Counted from the stretch's first letter, positions 9,386-20,029 are shown. The stretch is 64,000 nt of DNA from Promethearchaeota archaeon (GCA_048940925.1 JBHLOC010000016.1:16989-80988), one strand, 5' to 3'. Translations and numbers: made by a program. The notes: a model not told the origin generated them from the letters alone.

Positions 9386-9457
9386 TGGACCTGACGGGAA
9401 TTGAACCCGTGACCTCTTGAATGCGAATCAAGCGATCTTCCACTGATCTACAGGCCC
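9386..9457 (-). tRNA. tRNA-Ala (anticodon CGC), intron-less, CCA not encoded
   Basis: Reverse complement GGGCCTGTAGATCAGTGGAAGATCGCTTGATTCGCATTCAAGAGGTCACGGGTTCAATTCCCGTCAGGTCCA. Acceptor stem with the G3:U70 Ala identity pair, anticodon stem CTTGA/TCAAG with loop TT-CGC-AT, and T-loop TTCAATT. Confidence 0.96.
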
Positions 9458-9543
9458 AACTATAATTTTTAATATATATATTCTTTAAAACAAAATACCT
9501 AAAATTTTTTATTATTTTTCAAGGATCATTTGAAAATAAGAGA

Positions 9544-11922
9544 TTAATACTCGGTTCGGGCTATAATTTCATCCTGTGCGTTTTTTGATAATTCTGTAAA
9601 ATATACCGAGTATCCTGCAATCCTTACAACCAAACCTCTATAATCATTAGGATTTTTTTGAGCTTCACATAGAGTTTCTTTCCCCACAACATTAAATTGG
9701 ACTTGATAACCCCCTTTAGGTTCAAAAAACGTTCGAATCAGTGGAATCAACACTTCTGTTTTTAACGTATTTGGGTGAAAAGATAAAATCAATGAATTAC
9801 CATTTGTCATCAACTCATTTTTAAGTTTTTTTATAGAATTAAGAATAGCAGTAGGACCTTTTTTATCCATCCCACTTGTAGGACCCAGACCATTCGAAAG
9901 TGGTTCTGACTTTCTTCTACCGTCTGCTGAAGCCGCGGTAAAAACACCAAATGCTAAATGAAATGTTGTGGAATAAATTCCAGGATTAAATTTCCCTCCT
10001 CGATAATTTGTATGCTTTACAATTTCTTCACAATAAAATCGTGCAACATCAATTGCTATTTGATCAACGTAATTGTCATCGTTTCCAAATTTTGGAACTT
10101 TATTTACAAAAATTTCACGCCACTCATTTCCTTTTCTTCCTTTATAAGTACCCTTGAAATTCTTTACTAGCAACTGAACTAAATCTTCAAATTGCAGGAG
10201 TTTATCTTCAAAAACAACCTTTTTAATTACAGCAAGACTGTCTGCAACTGTAGCTAGACCAATTAGTTGAGGACCTGTAAAATTGTAAATTGCCCCACCT
10301 TTTGTTATATCTAATCCCCGTTCTATACAAGCGTCTATAGTTGCAGATAAAAATGGTTGAGGAGTAAGTTCAGCAATTGCTTTATCAAGAAAATACATTG
10401 TTTTAACCATCTTTTCAATGAAATATTTTATTTGCTTCTTAAAGTTATCCCAAAGATCTCCATAAGAAGTAATCTCTTTAGAAATTTTAAGTCCGTATTC
10501 TCTTCTAGTTAACATGTCGACTCCATTGTTCAATACTAATTCTAAACATTTCACTATATTGAATTGGTTTGCATTTGTTGATCCAAATGATTTATATGGA
10601 TGTTGAGGTTCAACACATCCTATTGGTGCGTATTCTCGCGCATCTTCAAGAGTAAAACCTCGATTAATAAGACCAGGGATCATTACATGATCATTAAATA
10701 AGGCAATGCTAGTACCACTTTTTATAGATTCTCCCACTTTATTAAGATAATCTTCTGAAGTATTTTTGTGAATTCTCACACAAAAAGTTGGTTGAACTGT
10801 TTTAATATGAGTGTATGAATCTAAAATAATCATAGATAATTTATTTGTAGCGTCTTTTCCCTCAAAATCTAATCCCCCAATTACTACGTTTTCAGCAATA
10901 GGAGGACCCTCAACAGCCACCACTCCTTTTGATATAACATAGTTCCATAAAGTAGAAAGCTTTATGAAAAAGCATTCAATAAGAAACTGAACTTTTTCGT
11001 CTGTAATCTTCCCTTTTTCTATATCTTCTAAATAATAAGGATATAAATATTGATCTAATCGCCCAACAGAAATAGCAAAGCCGCCATCTTCTAAGCCACA
11101 TATTAGATGAGTAAAGTAGATTAGCTGTAGTGCCTCTTCAAAACTACTTGGTGGATTTCCAGAGATATTATTGCAAATTTCAGAGATATCAAAGAGTTCT
11201 TTTTGACGTTCGAGATTCTGCTCATTTTCAGCCATTTCTCTCGCTAAATTTGAAAACCTTTGCATGAATTTTATAGCTGCTTTCAATTCAATGATTACTG
11301 ATTCTAAAAAAATTTTTTTATTTTTATCATTAGAAAACTTTTCCAAACTCTCACTTGTTTTTTGAATTAAACCCTTGATCCCGTATTTTAATATATTTTC
11401 ATGTCCTGGAAAGAAATGACCAATTCCACTAGATAATTCCACATCAACAGTATATACAAGTTTTTCCATAATATATCTTAAATCTGAATTTAAATATGAT
11501 TGAAACCTTTCTTGAACAGTCTCTTCTTCATTTTTCCAATAAGGAATAATCTTTTCTTTTATTAGTTCTCTTTCTTCATTTGTTAAGAAAAGCTTTTGGA
11601 TAGGACGAGTATCATAATTATCAATATCTTGCTCTATTGTATCTATTCGAGCTTCAGGATATAGAGGAGTTCCTACAAACTTTGTACATCTATTTCCGAT
11701 AATATATTCATCATTCCAAATTTTAATTGTCATATTTGTCAAATAATAATCCATAGCTTTTGCAAATCTTATGATTGGATTTTCCCCTTTAGTCATTTTA
11801 TATGACTCTGTAAAAAGCTTAGCTCTTTCGATACAAATTTCATGTGGAGCTTTTACAAGCTTATCTTTCATATTTAAGACACGATCATTGTAAACTGCAA
11901 AAATATTTTGTTCTACCTGCAT
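9544..11922 (-). CDS. Glycyl radical enzyme (PFL2/eliminase-like), substrate unknown
   Basis: SVGRLDQYLYPYY, Cys loop PIGCVEP, KFGNDD, ASADGR, QFNVV and the C-terminal glycyl radical motif VRIAGYS. Confidence 0.93.
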   Translation of the reverse strand: MQVEQNIFAVYNDRVLNMKDKLVKAPHEICIERAKLFTESYKMTKGENPIIRFAKAMDYYLTNMTIKIWNDEYIIGNRCTKFVGTPLYPEARIDTIEQDIDNYDTRPIQKLFLTNEERELIKEKIIPYWKNEEETVQERFQSYLNSDLRYIMEKLVYTVDVELSSGIGHFFPGHENILKYGIKGLIQKTSESLEKFSNDKNKKIFLESVIIELKAAIKFMQRFSNLAREMAENEQNLERQKELFDISEICNNISGNPPSSFEEALQLIYFTHLICGLEDGGFAISVGRLDQYLYPYYLEDIEKGKITDEKVQFLIECFFIKLSTLWNYVISKGVVAVEGPPIAENVVIGGLDFEGKDATNKLSMIILDSYTHIKTVQPTFCVRIHKNTSEDYLNKVGESIKSGTSIALFNDHVMIPGLINRGFTLEDAREYAPIGCVEPQHPYKSFGSTNANQFNIVKCLELVLNNGVDMLTRREYGLKISKEITSYGDLWDNFKKQIKYFIEKMVKTMYFLDKAIAELTPQPFLSATIDACIERGLDITKGGAIYNFTGPQLIGLATVADSLAVIKKVVFEDKLLQFEDLVQLLVKNFKGTYKGRKGNEWREIFVNKVPKFGNDDNYVDQIAIDVARFYCEEIVKHTNYRGGKFNPGIYSTTFHLAFGVFTAASADGRRKSEPLSNGLGPTSGMDKKGPTAILNSIKKLKNELMTNGNSLILSFHPNTLKTEVLIPLIRTFFEPKGGYQVQFNVVGKETLCEAQKNPNDYRGLVVRIAGYSVYFTELSKNAQDEIIARTEY

Positions 11923-12041
11923 TGATATCCCAAAAAATCATCAATTTCTATTAATTTGTGCGTATTAATTAAAATTATTATTATGAATTTTAAAAAAGAT
12001 TATGTCTATAAAAAATACTTAGATCTTCCAATTAAATATGA

Positions 12042-12878
12042 TTATAGAAATTTTGTTAATTCATGCTCTTTTCTTGAAGAGTATAAAAGATTTTTCTTTC
12101 TATTACTTTTATACCTTTTAATTGCTAAATCAAGATAATCTTTATTTATATCAATTCCAATGAATTTTCTATTTAAAATGGTGCATACAATTCCAGTTGT
12201 ACCAGAACCCATAAAAGGATCTAATACCCAATCTCCTTCTTTTGATGAGGCTACAATTATTCGATTTAAGAGTTCTAAAGGTTTTTGAGTAGGATGTTTA
12301 CCAAATTCTTTCTCATCCTTTGGAATTAATGGGATAGACCATACACTTCTCATTTGTTTATCTTTATTCTTTAATTTGTCTTTCGGATTATTCCAAAATT
12401 TCATTTTTTCGTAATTAAATCTATGTTTAGCTGTCTTTGATTTACGTGCCCATATTACGATTTCATGACTATGTGTGAAATATTTACATGACAAATTTGG
12501 AGGAGCATTTGGTTTATACCATATTATATCGTTAATTAAATCGAAATTATTTTTTTCAAGCAAATATCCAATCTTATAAATAATGTGTAAAGTACCAGAA
12601 ATCCAAATAGTACCATTTTCTTTCATTAATCTCTTACACCCCTTTAACCAAGCATCAATAAATTTAACATCTTCTTCAAATCCCATTGATTTGTCCCATT
12701 CTCCCTTATTTACAGAGACCATTTTCCCAGAAGAACATGTAACACCATCATTTGATAAAAAATAAGGGGGATCAGCATAAATTAAATCAAATTTATTAAT
12801 TTCAAATTGTTCTAAGATTTTTAGTGCATCTCCATGATATAAGATGAAACTGTTTTCTTGAAAATAAGGCTCTATCAT
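12042..12878 (-). CDS. Site-specific DNA adenine methyltransferase, beta class, DpnA-like; orphan
   Basis: Catalytic DPPY followed by FLSNDGVTCSSGKMVSVNKGEWDK, which resembles DpnA-type enzymes. HPTQKP and SAM-binding VLDPFMGSGTT are in beta order. No adjacent nuclease gene recognised. Confidence 0.92.
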   Translation of the reverse strand: MIEPYFQENSFILYHGDALKILEQFEINKFDLIYADPPYFLSNDGVTCSSGKMVSVNKGEWDKSMGFEEDVKFIDAWLKGCKRLMKENGTIWISGTLHIIYKIGYLLEKNNFDLINDIIWYKPNAPPNLSCKYFTHSHEIVIWARKSKTAKHRFNYEKMKFWNNPKDKLKNKDKQMRSVWSIPLIPKDEKEFGKHPTQKPLELLNRIIVASSKEGDWVLDPFMGSGTTGIVCTILNRKFIGIDINKDYLDLAIKRYKSNRKKNLLYSSRKEHELTKFL

Positions 12879-13036
12879 TATAAGAAAAAATAAAAGATAT
12901 ATCTATAATCCTTATGGAATAGATTAAGAAATTATAATATCTTTTAATTATTAACTTTAAAGTTTTATATTATCTAGCACTTAATATTCATGTAATAAAA
13001 ACATCAAAATTATCTACAAGTATTAAAATCTTAGAT

Positions 13037-13978
13037 ATGATTAACAAACAAAAATTTGAAGAATTGTTTAGTCGACAGCTTATCAAAGATATTTCTCAAG
13101 AAGATATTGATATAGTCCTTTCTGGTCAATATGGTAAAGCACTTGAACTATTAAGAGATGCAGAGGCAACAGGTCTCTTTCCAGCTTTAGTTGGACCACC
13201 AGGAGTTGGAAAAACAATTTTATGCCGATATTTTGCTAGTTTACGGGCTCGTGAGAGTAAATCTAAAAATTTTTACTGGCTTACGATGGATGAGAGCATT
13301 AAACCATCTCATTTTATAGGTTCATTTGACCCTGCAATTACATTAAAGGAAGGTTTTATATTAGAGGCATTTAATCCCGGCCCTTTATTAAGTGCTATGT
13401 TAGAGGGAGGCACATTCTTAGCGAATGAGATTAATCGAGCCACAGAATATTCGCAAAATACATTATTAGAGCCTTTAGAAGAAGCTTCAATTGGAATTCC
13501 TCATTTAGGTAGGATTAAAGCTCAAGAGGATTTTTTCTTTATATGCGCTATGAATCCTGAGGAATTATCCGGAACTCATCGTTTATCTGAAGCATTAAAA
13601 GATAGGATAAAAGTGTGGATCAAATTAACTTATCCTGATAAATCAACAGAATTAGATATAATAAGAATCAATTTACCCGAACATTTTCATATCGAAGAAT
13701 CTGAATTAGAGTTAATTTATTCTGTTATTAAAGAAACACGACAAAATAAAATTGATGTTGAAATTCCTGCTTCAATAAGAGCTGGAATTGCAATGGCTAA
13801 ATTATTAGGAAGAAAAAGACTTTTAGAAAAAGAAAACAAAGTAAGAGAAAAAGAATCTATTTATGTATTTTTATCCGAAATAGCAAGAAATGTGTTATTA
13901 GGAAGTATAAAACCTAAACCGGGAGTAAAGGTTGAAAATGTCATAGAAAGTATTATTCAAAAAACTTTAGGAGGATAA
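13037..13978 (+). CDS. MoxR-family AAA+ ATPase
   Basis: Walker A GPPGVGKT, GPLLSAM, variant Walker B FLANEINRA, CAMNP, LSEALKDR and lid motif PASIRAGI. Confidence 0.9.
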   Translation: MINKQKFEELFSRQLIKDISQEDIDIVLSGQYGKALELLRDAEATGLFPALVGPPGVGKTILCRYFASLRARESKSKNFYWLTMDESIKPSHFIGSFDPAITLKEGFILEAFNPGPLLSAMLEGGTFLANEINRATEYSQNTLLEPLEEASIGIPHLGRIKAQEDFFFICAMNPEELSGTHRLSEALKDRIKVWIKLTYPDKSTELDIIRINLPEHFHIEESELELIYSVIKETRQNKIDVEIPASIRAGIAMAKLLGRKRLLEKENKVREKESIYVFLSEIARNVLLGSIKPKPGVKVENVIESIIQKTLGG

Positions 13979-13982
13979 TTCT

Positions 13983-16472
13983 ATGGGGGTATTTCCTGAA
14001 AATCCGTGTGAATTTGCTGTTGAATTCATTCGACGGATGAGGATCCATCCAGATATAATTCAAATACCTTCCTCACGTCAAGTACTATCGATCCCTAAAT
14101 TAATTGTATCGAGATATTACCGGAAGGGATCTGTGACTCCAAGTGATTTCATTGAGATTAGTAAAGTAACCTCTTTTCCAGATAATCAACAATTAGCGAA
14201 GGAGATAGCTTTTGAAATATTATTTCCCAATTATAAAAAGAATATAATGAAATCATTTTTTGAAGGTAATGAATTTGATGAAATCGAAGATGATTTGATT
14301 CCTAGGGAGATTAAATCAGAATTAGATGAATTACAAGAATTAATAGATGAAATTGAAGTTACAAAATCGATTGATTCTGATTTTATCAAACAAATGGAAC
14401 AATTTATGGATGAACTAAATCAGAAAAGAAATGAAGAGCCGTTTAAGTCTGCTCTTAACTTTTTTGATGATGATTCTGAATTATATAAAGAACAAATTAC
14501 ATCTTTAGAAGAATTATTAAAAGAAGCTAAGAACAGAATGCTACAAAAAATTAATTCTTTAGATCCAAAAGACCTTAAAGCTGGTACTAATTTAGGCTTA
14601 AATAGTCTAATTTCAGAAAAATCCTTAAGAGAATGGGAAAAAGTTACAAGTAAAGCTTTAAATAATCAATCTATTGATTCTGATTTAAATAAATTATTAA
14701 AATCAGGCAGTTTAGAAGATCTTCTGCAATCTATGAAATTCTTAAAAGACACAGACGCCATTTCTAAAAAAAAATTCGAGAATCTGAGAAATGAACTTCA
14801 AAATAAAATAGATAATTTAGATCAATTATTTCAAGCAGCAAAACATTTAGGAGAAACTCCCAATTTTAATCAAGATAAAATACTGAATAATTCCTTGGAA
14901 AAATCTTCATTCGAGCATAATTTTAATTTAGCAAATTCCCTTGATCAATTTTTTGGTACTAACCTTAGAACCTCATTATTAGACAAATTTGATCAACAGA
15001 TAAAAAATTCCCAAATGAATATTTCACTTGAAACTTTAACTAAAACAGCATTTGCTAATAAGTCATGGAATTCACTATTTAATAAGGCTCTTCAAAATGC
15101 TATTAACGAAGCTATGAATCAAAGTAAAAAATACGAAGCTCTCAAAACTTTAACACATCAAATGCAACAATTAGCAAATAGTTGCCCAAATATGCATTGT
15201 GGTCAAAAAATGGCTCAAACTATTCCAAATCTAATTTCCCAAACATTAGATTCATGTGATAATCCTTTTCAATTAAAAAATGCAGTTGAATTCTTAAGAA
15301 AACTTGGGTTGAATCCAGCACCAGAAGATATAAAGAAATCCGGAGAGAGGATTGGAATGCCAGAGGAAGATATTTTTGAATTAATAGAACCAAATTATCA
15401 ATTATTAAAAAAATTAGTTGATAAAAAGACAGCTGATTTTCAACGTATAAGCAATTTAATGAATCAACTTAAAGATCAATTAAATTATGAAAGAATTAAA
15501 GAATTAATAACAAGTGCTTTGGCTTCAGATAATAGAGATGCTTTAGGAGCTTTAGGAAACTTTAATCTGAGTGAAGCTTTAAGAGGTGCTCAGCAAATTG
15601 GTGGTAAAGAAGCACAAAATAAAATGATCTCTTGTCTAACTGCAGGAGGTGGCGAAAATCTTCTAAAACAATGGTTTATTCATCGAAGTACCTTACCAGA
15701 GAATGCAAAACAAAAAGTAAAGGAATTAGCAAAAAAAGTTTTAATCGAACTTGGTATCTATTATTCACGTGCTCGTTTAGGTAGCTCCACTACAGGACCA
15801 ATACCTATTAATATAGTTAGACCCTATTCAATAGGAGATGATTTTGAAAATATTGATCTAGAAGAAACAATTTTTAATATTTTAGAGAAAGGAAAAAAAT
15901 TAGAGCATATAGAATATGATGATTTTTTCGTTTTTGAAACAGCTAAAGGTCTTAGAACTGCTTGTTTTGAATTAGATATTTCTGGAAGTATGTCGGGAGA
16001 CAAACTAGCATATATGGGAATCTGTGTAACGATGTTGTGCTATGGGATGCGAAAAGATGAACTTGGAATAACTTTCTTTGAGTCAGATACTCACGTTTTG
16101 AAATCTTTAGATGAAAAAGTAGATTTAGACAAATTAGCAGAGGAGTTATTATCTGTTTCTGCTCGAGGTGGTACAAAACTACAAAGTGCTGTTGAATGGG
16201 CAAATAAGCAATTTAAAGACCATTCAAATTCACGTGAAAAATTAAATGTATTATTTACTGATGCTGAAATTTTTGATCTTAAGGAAGCTATGATAGAATT
16301 TAGAAAAATGCGATCATTAGGGGTAGATTTCATCTTAGTTTGTCCAGAATCTTCCTATAATTTAAAAGAGGCTAATAAAATGGTTAAAGTTGCTGGAGGA
16401 CAACTTTTAACAATTAAGGATTGGAATGAATTTCCCAAATTAATTTCAGAGATAATAAAATCAAGGTTCTAA
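13983..16472 (+). CDS. Large helical protein with C-terminal vWA domain (MoxR partner)
   Basis: RPYSIGDDFENIDLEET pre-vWA motif, MIDAS LDISGSMSG, GGT and FTDA. Starts 4 nt after the MoxR stop. Confidence 0.88.
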   Translation: MGVFPENPCEFAVEFIRRMRIHPDIIQIPSSRQVLSIPKLIVSRYYRKGSVTPSDFIEISKVTSFPDNQQLAKEIAFEILFPNYKKNIMKSFFEGNEFDEIEDDLIPREIKSELDELQELIDEIEVTKSIDSDFIKQMEQFMDELNQKRNEEPFKSALNFFDDDSELYKEQITSLEELLKEAKNRMLQKINSLDPKDLKAGTNLGLNSLISEKSLREWEKVTSKALNNQSIDSDLNKLLKSGSLEDLLQSMKFLKDTDAISKKKFENLRNELQNKIDNLDQLFQAAKHLGETPNFNQDKILNNSLEKSSFEHNFNLANSLDQFFGTNLRTSLLDKFDQQIKNSQMNISLETLTKTAFANKSWNSLFNKALQNAINEAMNQSKKYEALKTLTHQMQQLANSCPNMHCGQKMAQTIPNLISQTLDSCDNPFQLKNAVEFLRKLGLNPAPEDIKKSGERIGMPEEDIFELIEPNYQLLKKLVDKKTADFQRISNLMNQLKDQLNYERIKELITSALASDNRDALGALGNFNLSEALRGAQQIGGKEAQNKMISCLTAGGGENLLKQWFIHRSTLPENAKQKVKELAKKVLIELGIYYSRARLGSSTTGPIPINIVRPYSIGDDFENIDLEETIFNILEKGKKLEHIEYDDFFVFETAKGLRTACFELDISGSMSGDKLAYMGICVTMLCYGMRKDELGITFFESDTHVLKSLDEKVDLDKLAEELLSVSARGGTKLQSAVEWANKQFKDHSNSREKLNVLFTDAEIFDLKEAMIEFRKMRSLGVDFILVCPESSYNLKEANKMVKVAGGQLLTIKDWNEFPKLISEIIKSRF

Positions 16473-16480
16473 ATGATAAG

Positions 16481-18829
16481 ATGGAAAAAAAATCAATATC
16501 AAGTCTAATAATAAATAAATTCGGCTTAAACCTTTACCAAAAGAGTCTTAAATTCCTTAGTAATAAAATAAATATTTTTTACTTACGAGAAGAACCATTA
16601 AAAATTAGATGTATTATATTGGACAATGAACGTGAATATCATCTCATAATTGATGAAGTCAAATCTGAAATATACCATGACTGTCCTTCTTTTTTGATTC
16701 ACTCTGAAAGAGATAAGAAAATATGTGTTCATCTTATTAAACTTTTTCTAATTATCAAAAATCAACTCTCTCAAAAGATATTGAAAAATCTAAAAACTTA
16801 TAATTTAACTTCAGAAGATTTAGGTTCAAAAAGAAAAAGCAAAAACTTTTTATTACTATCTAATAGTTGCTTTGAAAGAGAAAATTGTGTTGAAGCACTG
16901 AATTATTTAAATAAAGCAATAATTAACCAACACGAGAGAGAACCGATTATTCAGACTTATATTAGAACAGCAATAAACAACAATTTATACGTTGAATTCT
17001 TTGAATTTTTACAATATGGATATGAAAATGAGTTAGGAGATTATTTTATAAAAAATTTTGAACTTGTAGAAAAAGGTTTTAAAAAATTTTTAGACATAAT
17101 ACCTCAGTACTCTTTCTACAATTTGCTTAAAATAATTGAATCCATAGATATAATTTTTAATTTTATAGATATTTCTCTTCTTGTTTCAGATATAAATAAA
17201 ATAAATATTTTAGTTGAAAGCACTAATTTTAATAACAACTACTTCTCAATTTATTTGATTAAGAAAAATTATGAAAAACTTGTTAAAGCAAATCCAAATC
17301 TCAAAGTGATCCTCAAGCAGGAAAAATTAAATTTATTAAAAAAAGATATTCTGAATTATTTTTATTCTGAAATTGATAATTTTTGTATTATTGATAAATT
17401 AAAGTTGCTAAAAAAACAATTCAAAGTAATAGATATACCTAAAGAAAAATTTTATGTTAAATATAAAAATTACAAGACAGAAATTAAAGAACTTGAAAGA
17501 AAAGTATACTTGAAAAAGTTTTCATTTTTAAAATTTTTGATAGAAAAATATAAGATAATTAAATCTAAAGGAGAATTCAGAAAAAAAAGAAATGCATATA
17601 TTGTACAACATAATATAGATAATATAAAAAATCCTGTTTATCACTACATAATTTCTCGTATTGGCTTTTTTGGATTGAATGAACAAACAATTAAATCATC
17701 AGAAATCGGTACTAATTACTTTATAATGAAAGAATTATTTTTAGATGATTTGAGTTCCTTTCAAGATGTTGATTATTATAGAAAACAATTCTGGGGAGAA
17801 AATGAATATGATATTAGATCAATGAACGGTTTTTCTTTGTTAAGCAAAAATATAGAATACAGTTATGAGGGTGAACAAAAATATTCAGATGAAGTTATGA
17901 TTATTGAATGGGATCTAGCAAACAAACCCATTCAAGGAAGTATTGTGAATGCTTATGGCTCTCAAATTATTATTCCAGATCAAAATAATCCATTATTTCA
18001 TGATATAAAGCCTTTTGATCTTTGTTATTGTAAAAAGACTCCTGTAAAAATAGAAGGTATTATTAAGACAATTAATATTATTACAAAGTGCTCATTTAAA
18101 GATGCTATTAAAAGTATTTCTAAAGGAATGGATTTTATTGAAGGTTATTATCCATTATCACTTGTAAAAGCTGTTTTAACCAAAGAGCTAAGTCCCTTTC
18201 AAGCAAATGAAATAGTAATAACTAATCCTAATAAATTGTTTATACCGAATTACTCTCACTTCATCAGAGCTTTTAAGAAATATTTGTTTGACTTTATTTA
18301 TAAACACAGGGATTATATTTTTCAAGAATTAAAAACACACCCTAAAGAGAGATCACTTCAAATCCTTACATTATTAGATTTGAGGAATGAATTAAATGGA
18401 TTAAATTTGCCTTTTTTTGAAATTATGAAAGATATTCTTTACTCTAATATTAATTTAAAAGATTTTAAAATAAGATTTTTAAATGAAATACATTCATATA
18501 TAAAGGAATTGTTGTTAAAAAGAGATATTGGGAGTACCATCGTATTTGATTTGAAAAAATTACGAAATACTTCTTTTTCAAAATATTCTTATCAAATCTT
18601 AAATATTAGGAAGGAGGAGTTTGAATCATCGAAGATCTATAAATTACATAGTAGAAATGAAGTTAATTATAACATTTCGGAAATAAATGAAACTTTTTAT
18701 GGTTCTAAAATTTTAAATATTTTAGATTTAGAAGATAAATTCACTCTTAGACCAGAAAAATTCAAGAAGCTCTCAGATTTTGCTTTAAAATTAAATCTAA
18801 AATTGAATATCGAAAACACCTTTAAATGA
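16481..18829 (+). CDS. Hypothetical protein with N-terminal SWIM-like zinc finger
   Basis: REYHLII...HDCPSF-x9-ICVHLIKL fits a SWIM-like HxC...CxH pattern. Starts 8 nt after the vWA gene. Confidence 0.7.
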   Translation: MEKKSISSLIINKFGLNLYQKSLKFLSNKINIFYLREEPLKIRCIILDNEREYHLIIDEVKSEIYHDCPSFLIHSERDKKICVHLIKLFLIIKNQLSQKILKNLKTYNLTSEDLGSKRKSKNFLLLSNSCFERENCVEALNYLNKAIINQHEREPIIQTYIRTAINNNLYVEFFEFLQYGYENELGDYFIKNFELVEKGFKKFLDIIPQYSFYNLLKIIESIDIIFNFIDISLLVSDINKINILVESTNFNNNYFSIYLIKKNYEKLVKANPNLKVILKQEKLNLLKKDILNYFYSEIDNFCIIDKLKLLKKQFKVIDIPKEKFYVKYKNYKTEIKELERKVYLKKFSFLKFLIEKYKIIKSKGEFRKKRNAYIVQHNIDNIKNPVYHYIISRIGFFGLNEQTIKSSEIGTNYFIMKELFLDDLSSFQDVDYYRKQFWGENEYDIRSMNGFSLLSKNIEYSYEGEQKYSDEVMIIEWDLANKPIQGSIVNAYGSQIIIPDQNNPLFHDIKPFDLCYCKKTPVKIEGIIKTINIITKCSFKDAIKSISKGMDFIEGYYPLSLVKAVLTKELSPFQANEIVITNPNKLFIPNYSHFIRAFKKYLFDFIYKHRDYIFQELKTHPKERSLQILTLLDLRNELNGLNLPFFEIMKDILYSNINLKDFKIRFLNEIHSYIKELLLKRDIGSTIVFDLKKLRNTSFSKYSYQILNIRKEEFESSKIYKLHSRNEVNYNISEINETFYGSKILNILDLEDKFTLRPEKFKKLSDFALKLNLKLNIENTFK

Positions 18830-18838
18830 GTTATAAAA

Positions 18839-20029
18839 TTAAGCATCAAATTGTAATTTACCGTATGTTGCATCATGACCTGGTATAAACCAGAAATTTC
18901 CTTTTCTTACTTTATCAATCGCATCAATTAATTCTTCAGGAAATCCATCAAAATTGCTTTTTCCTTCCCAAATATTAAATTCCCCTCCGTTTTTGGTAAC
19001 TAAATCTTGATATAGAGAGATATTTTTTTTACTATATTCGGTACCCCCTAAAATGAGGGCAATTAAATTTAATAGTGGAACAATATATTGAAAATTAAGT
19101 GATATAGGATTCTTGTGATCACTTAATTCATATACTCTAGATAAGACTCCTTTTGTTAATTTTTTACCACAATAAGGACATTTTATTTTATTAAGCTTAG
19201 GACTACAAAAGTAATCTTCACCATGTATATGACGGTCTTCTCTATGTCCATCATAATAATATTTACCTGCTGAAGGTTTGAATTCATAAGTTTTAATGAT
19301 TCTATTCTTCCTGATGGAATCAATTAAATTTCTATAGTTTAAATTATTAATCTTCAGTATTGTAGCCTCTCTACCTAATCTATGATAATTTGTAGAATGG
19401 CTGTCTGAATTAGAAATAATTGAAATATTATCTAAATCTGAAATACTTCTTATCATTAGTGGATCTGCACTTAAACCCGTTTCTACAGCGTTAACATATT
19501 TCGAACCATCTCCTAAAGCTTCTCTTAAATTATTAAATTGCGAGTTCTCTCCAAAAATACCAAAAAAAGGTGTGAAAATATGAGCTGGTATTATTTCAAT
19601 ATCATTATCAATTGAGTTTAATCCAAAGATTATTTTCTCAGGTGTGTTATATAATTTAGCTCTTCCTTCTTTTCTTAAATTACCAAATTTTGATAAATAT
19701 TCCACAGATTCTTCTAATTTTTCAAAATTAGGGAATAATATGATGAAATGGACTTTTTTCATATTCGAGTTATAATTCCAAATAACTTCAATTTCAGTTT
19801 GTATAATAAAATTTACATTCGGTACTTTAGGGGAATAAAAAACTCCTTCTGAATATTCAAGTAACTCGTTTTTTAATTCATTTAACCAAAGGGGATGAAA
19901 ACAATCTCCTGTGGCTACTATTTCGATCCCTTTTTTCTTACAATTGAATGCAATTTTAGAAATATTTATACTTTTGCTTGCTCCTCCAGAATACTTACTA
20001 TGTAAATGAAGATCACATATTTTTTGCAT
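18839..20029 (-). CDS. PHP-family endonuclease Q-like DNA repair protein
   Basis: DLHLHSKYS, TGD, PAHIFTP, ETGLSADP, SNSDSHS, LGREAT, GKYYYDGHR, CPYCGKKLTKGV and PGHDATYG. Confidence 0.88.
   Translation of the reverse strand: MQKICDLHLHSKYSGGASKSINISKIAFNCKKKGIEIVATGDCFHPLWLNELKNELLEYSEGVFYSPKVPNVNFIIQTEIEVIWNYNSNMKKVHFIILFPNFEKLEESVEYLSKFGNLRKEGRAKLYNTPEKIIFGLNSIDNDIEIIPAHIFTPFFGIFGENSQFNNLREALGDGSKYVNAVETGLSADPLMIRSISDLDNISIISNSDSHSTNYHRLGREATILKINNLNYRNLIDSIRKNRIIKTYEFKPSAGKYYYDGHREDRHIHGEDYFCSPKLNKIKCPYCGKKLTKGVLSRVYELSDHKNPISLNFQYIVPLLNLIALILGGTEYSKKNISLYQDLVTKNGGEFNIWEGKSNFDGFPEELIDAIDKVRKGNFWFIPGHDATYGKLQFDA

Noticed and set aside
11956-12138. 60-aa plus-strand ORF between the GRE and MTase genes
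   Set aside because: It overlaps the MTase 3' end on the opposite strand, has a TTG start without an SD and shows no motif.
6368-12878. Integrative element at tRNA-Ala carrying the bacterial-type valS or the GRE/MTase genes
   Set aside because: No integrase or transposase, no duplicated tRNA 3' end (att site) found by eye, and no evident compositional shift.
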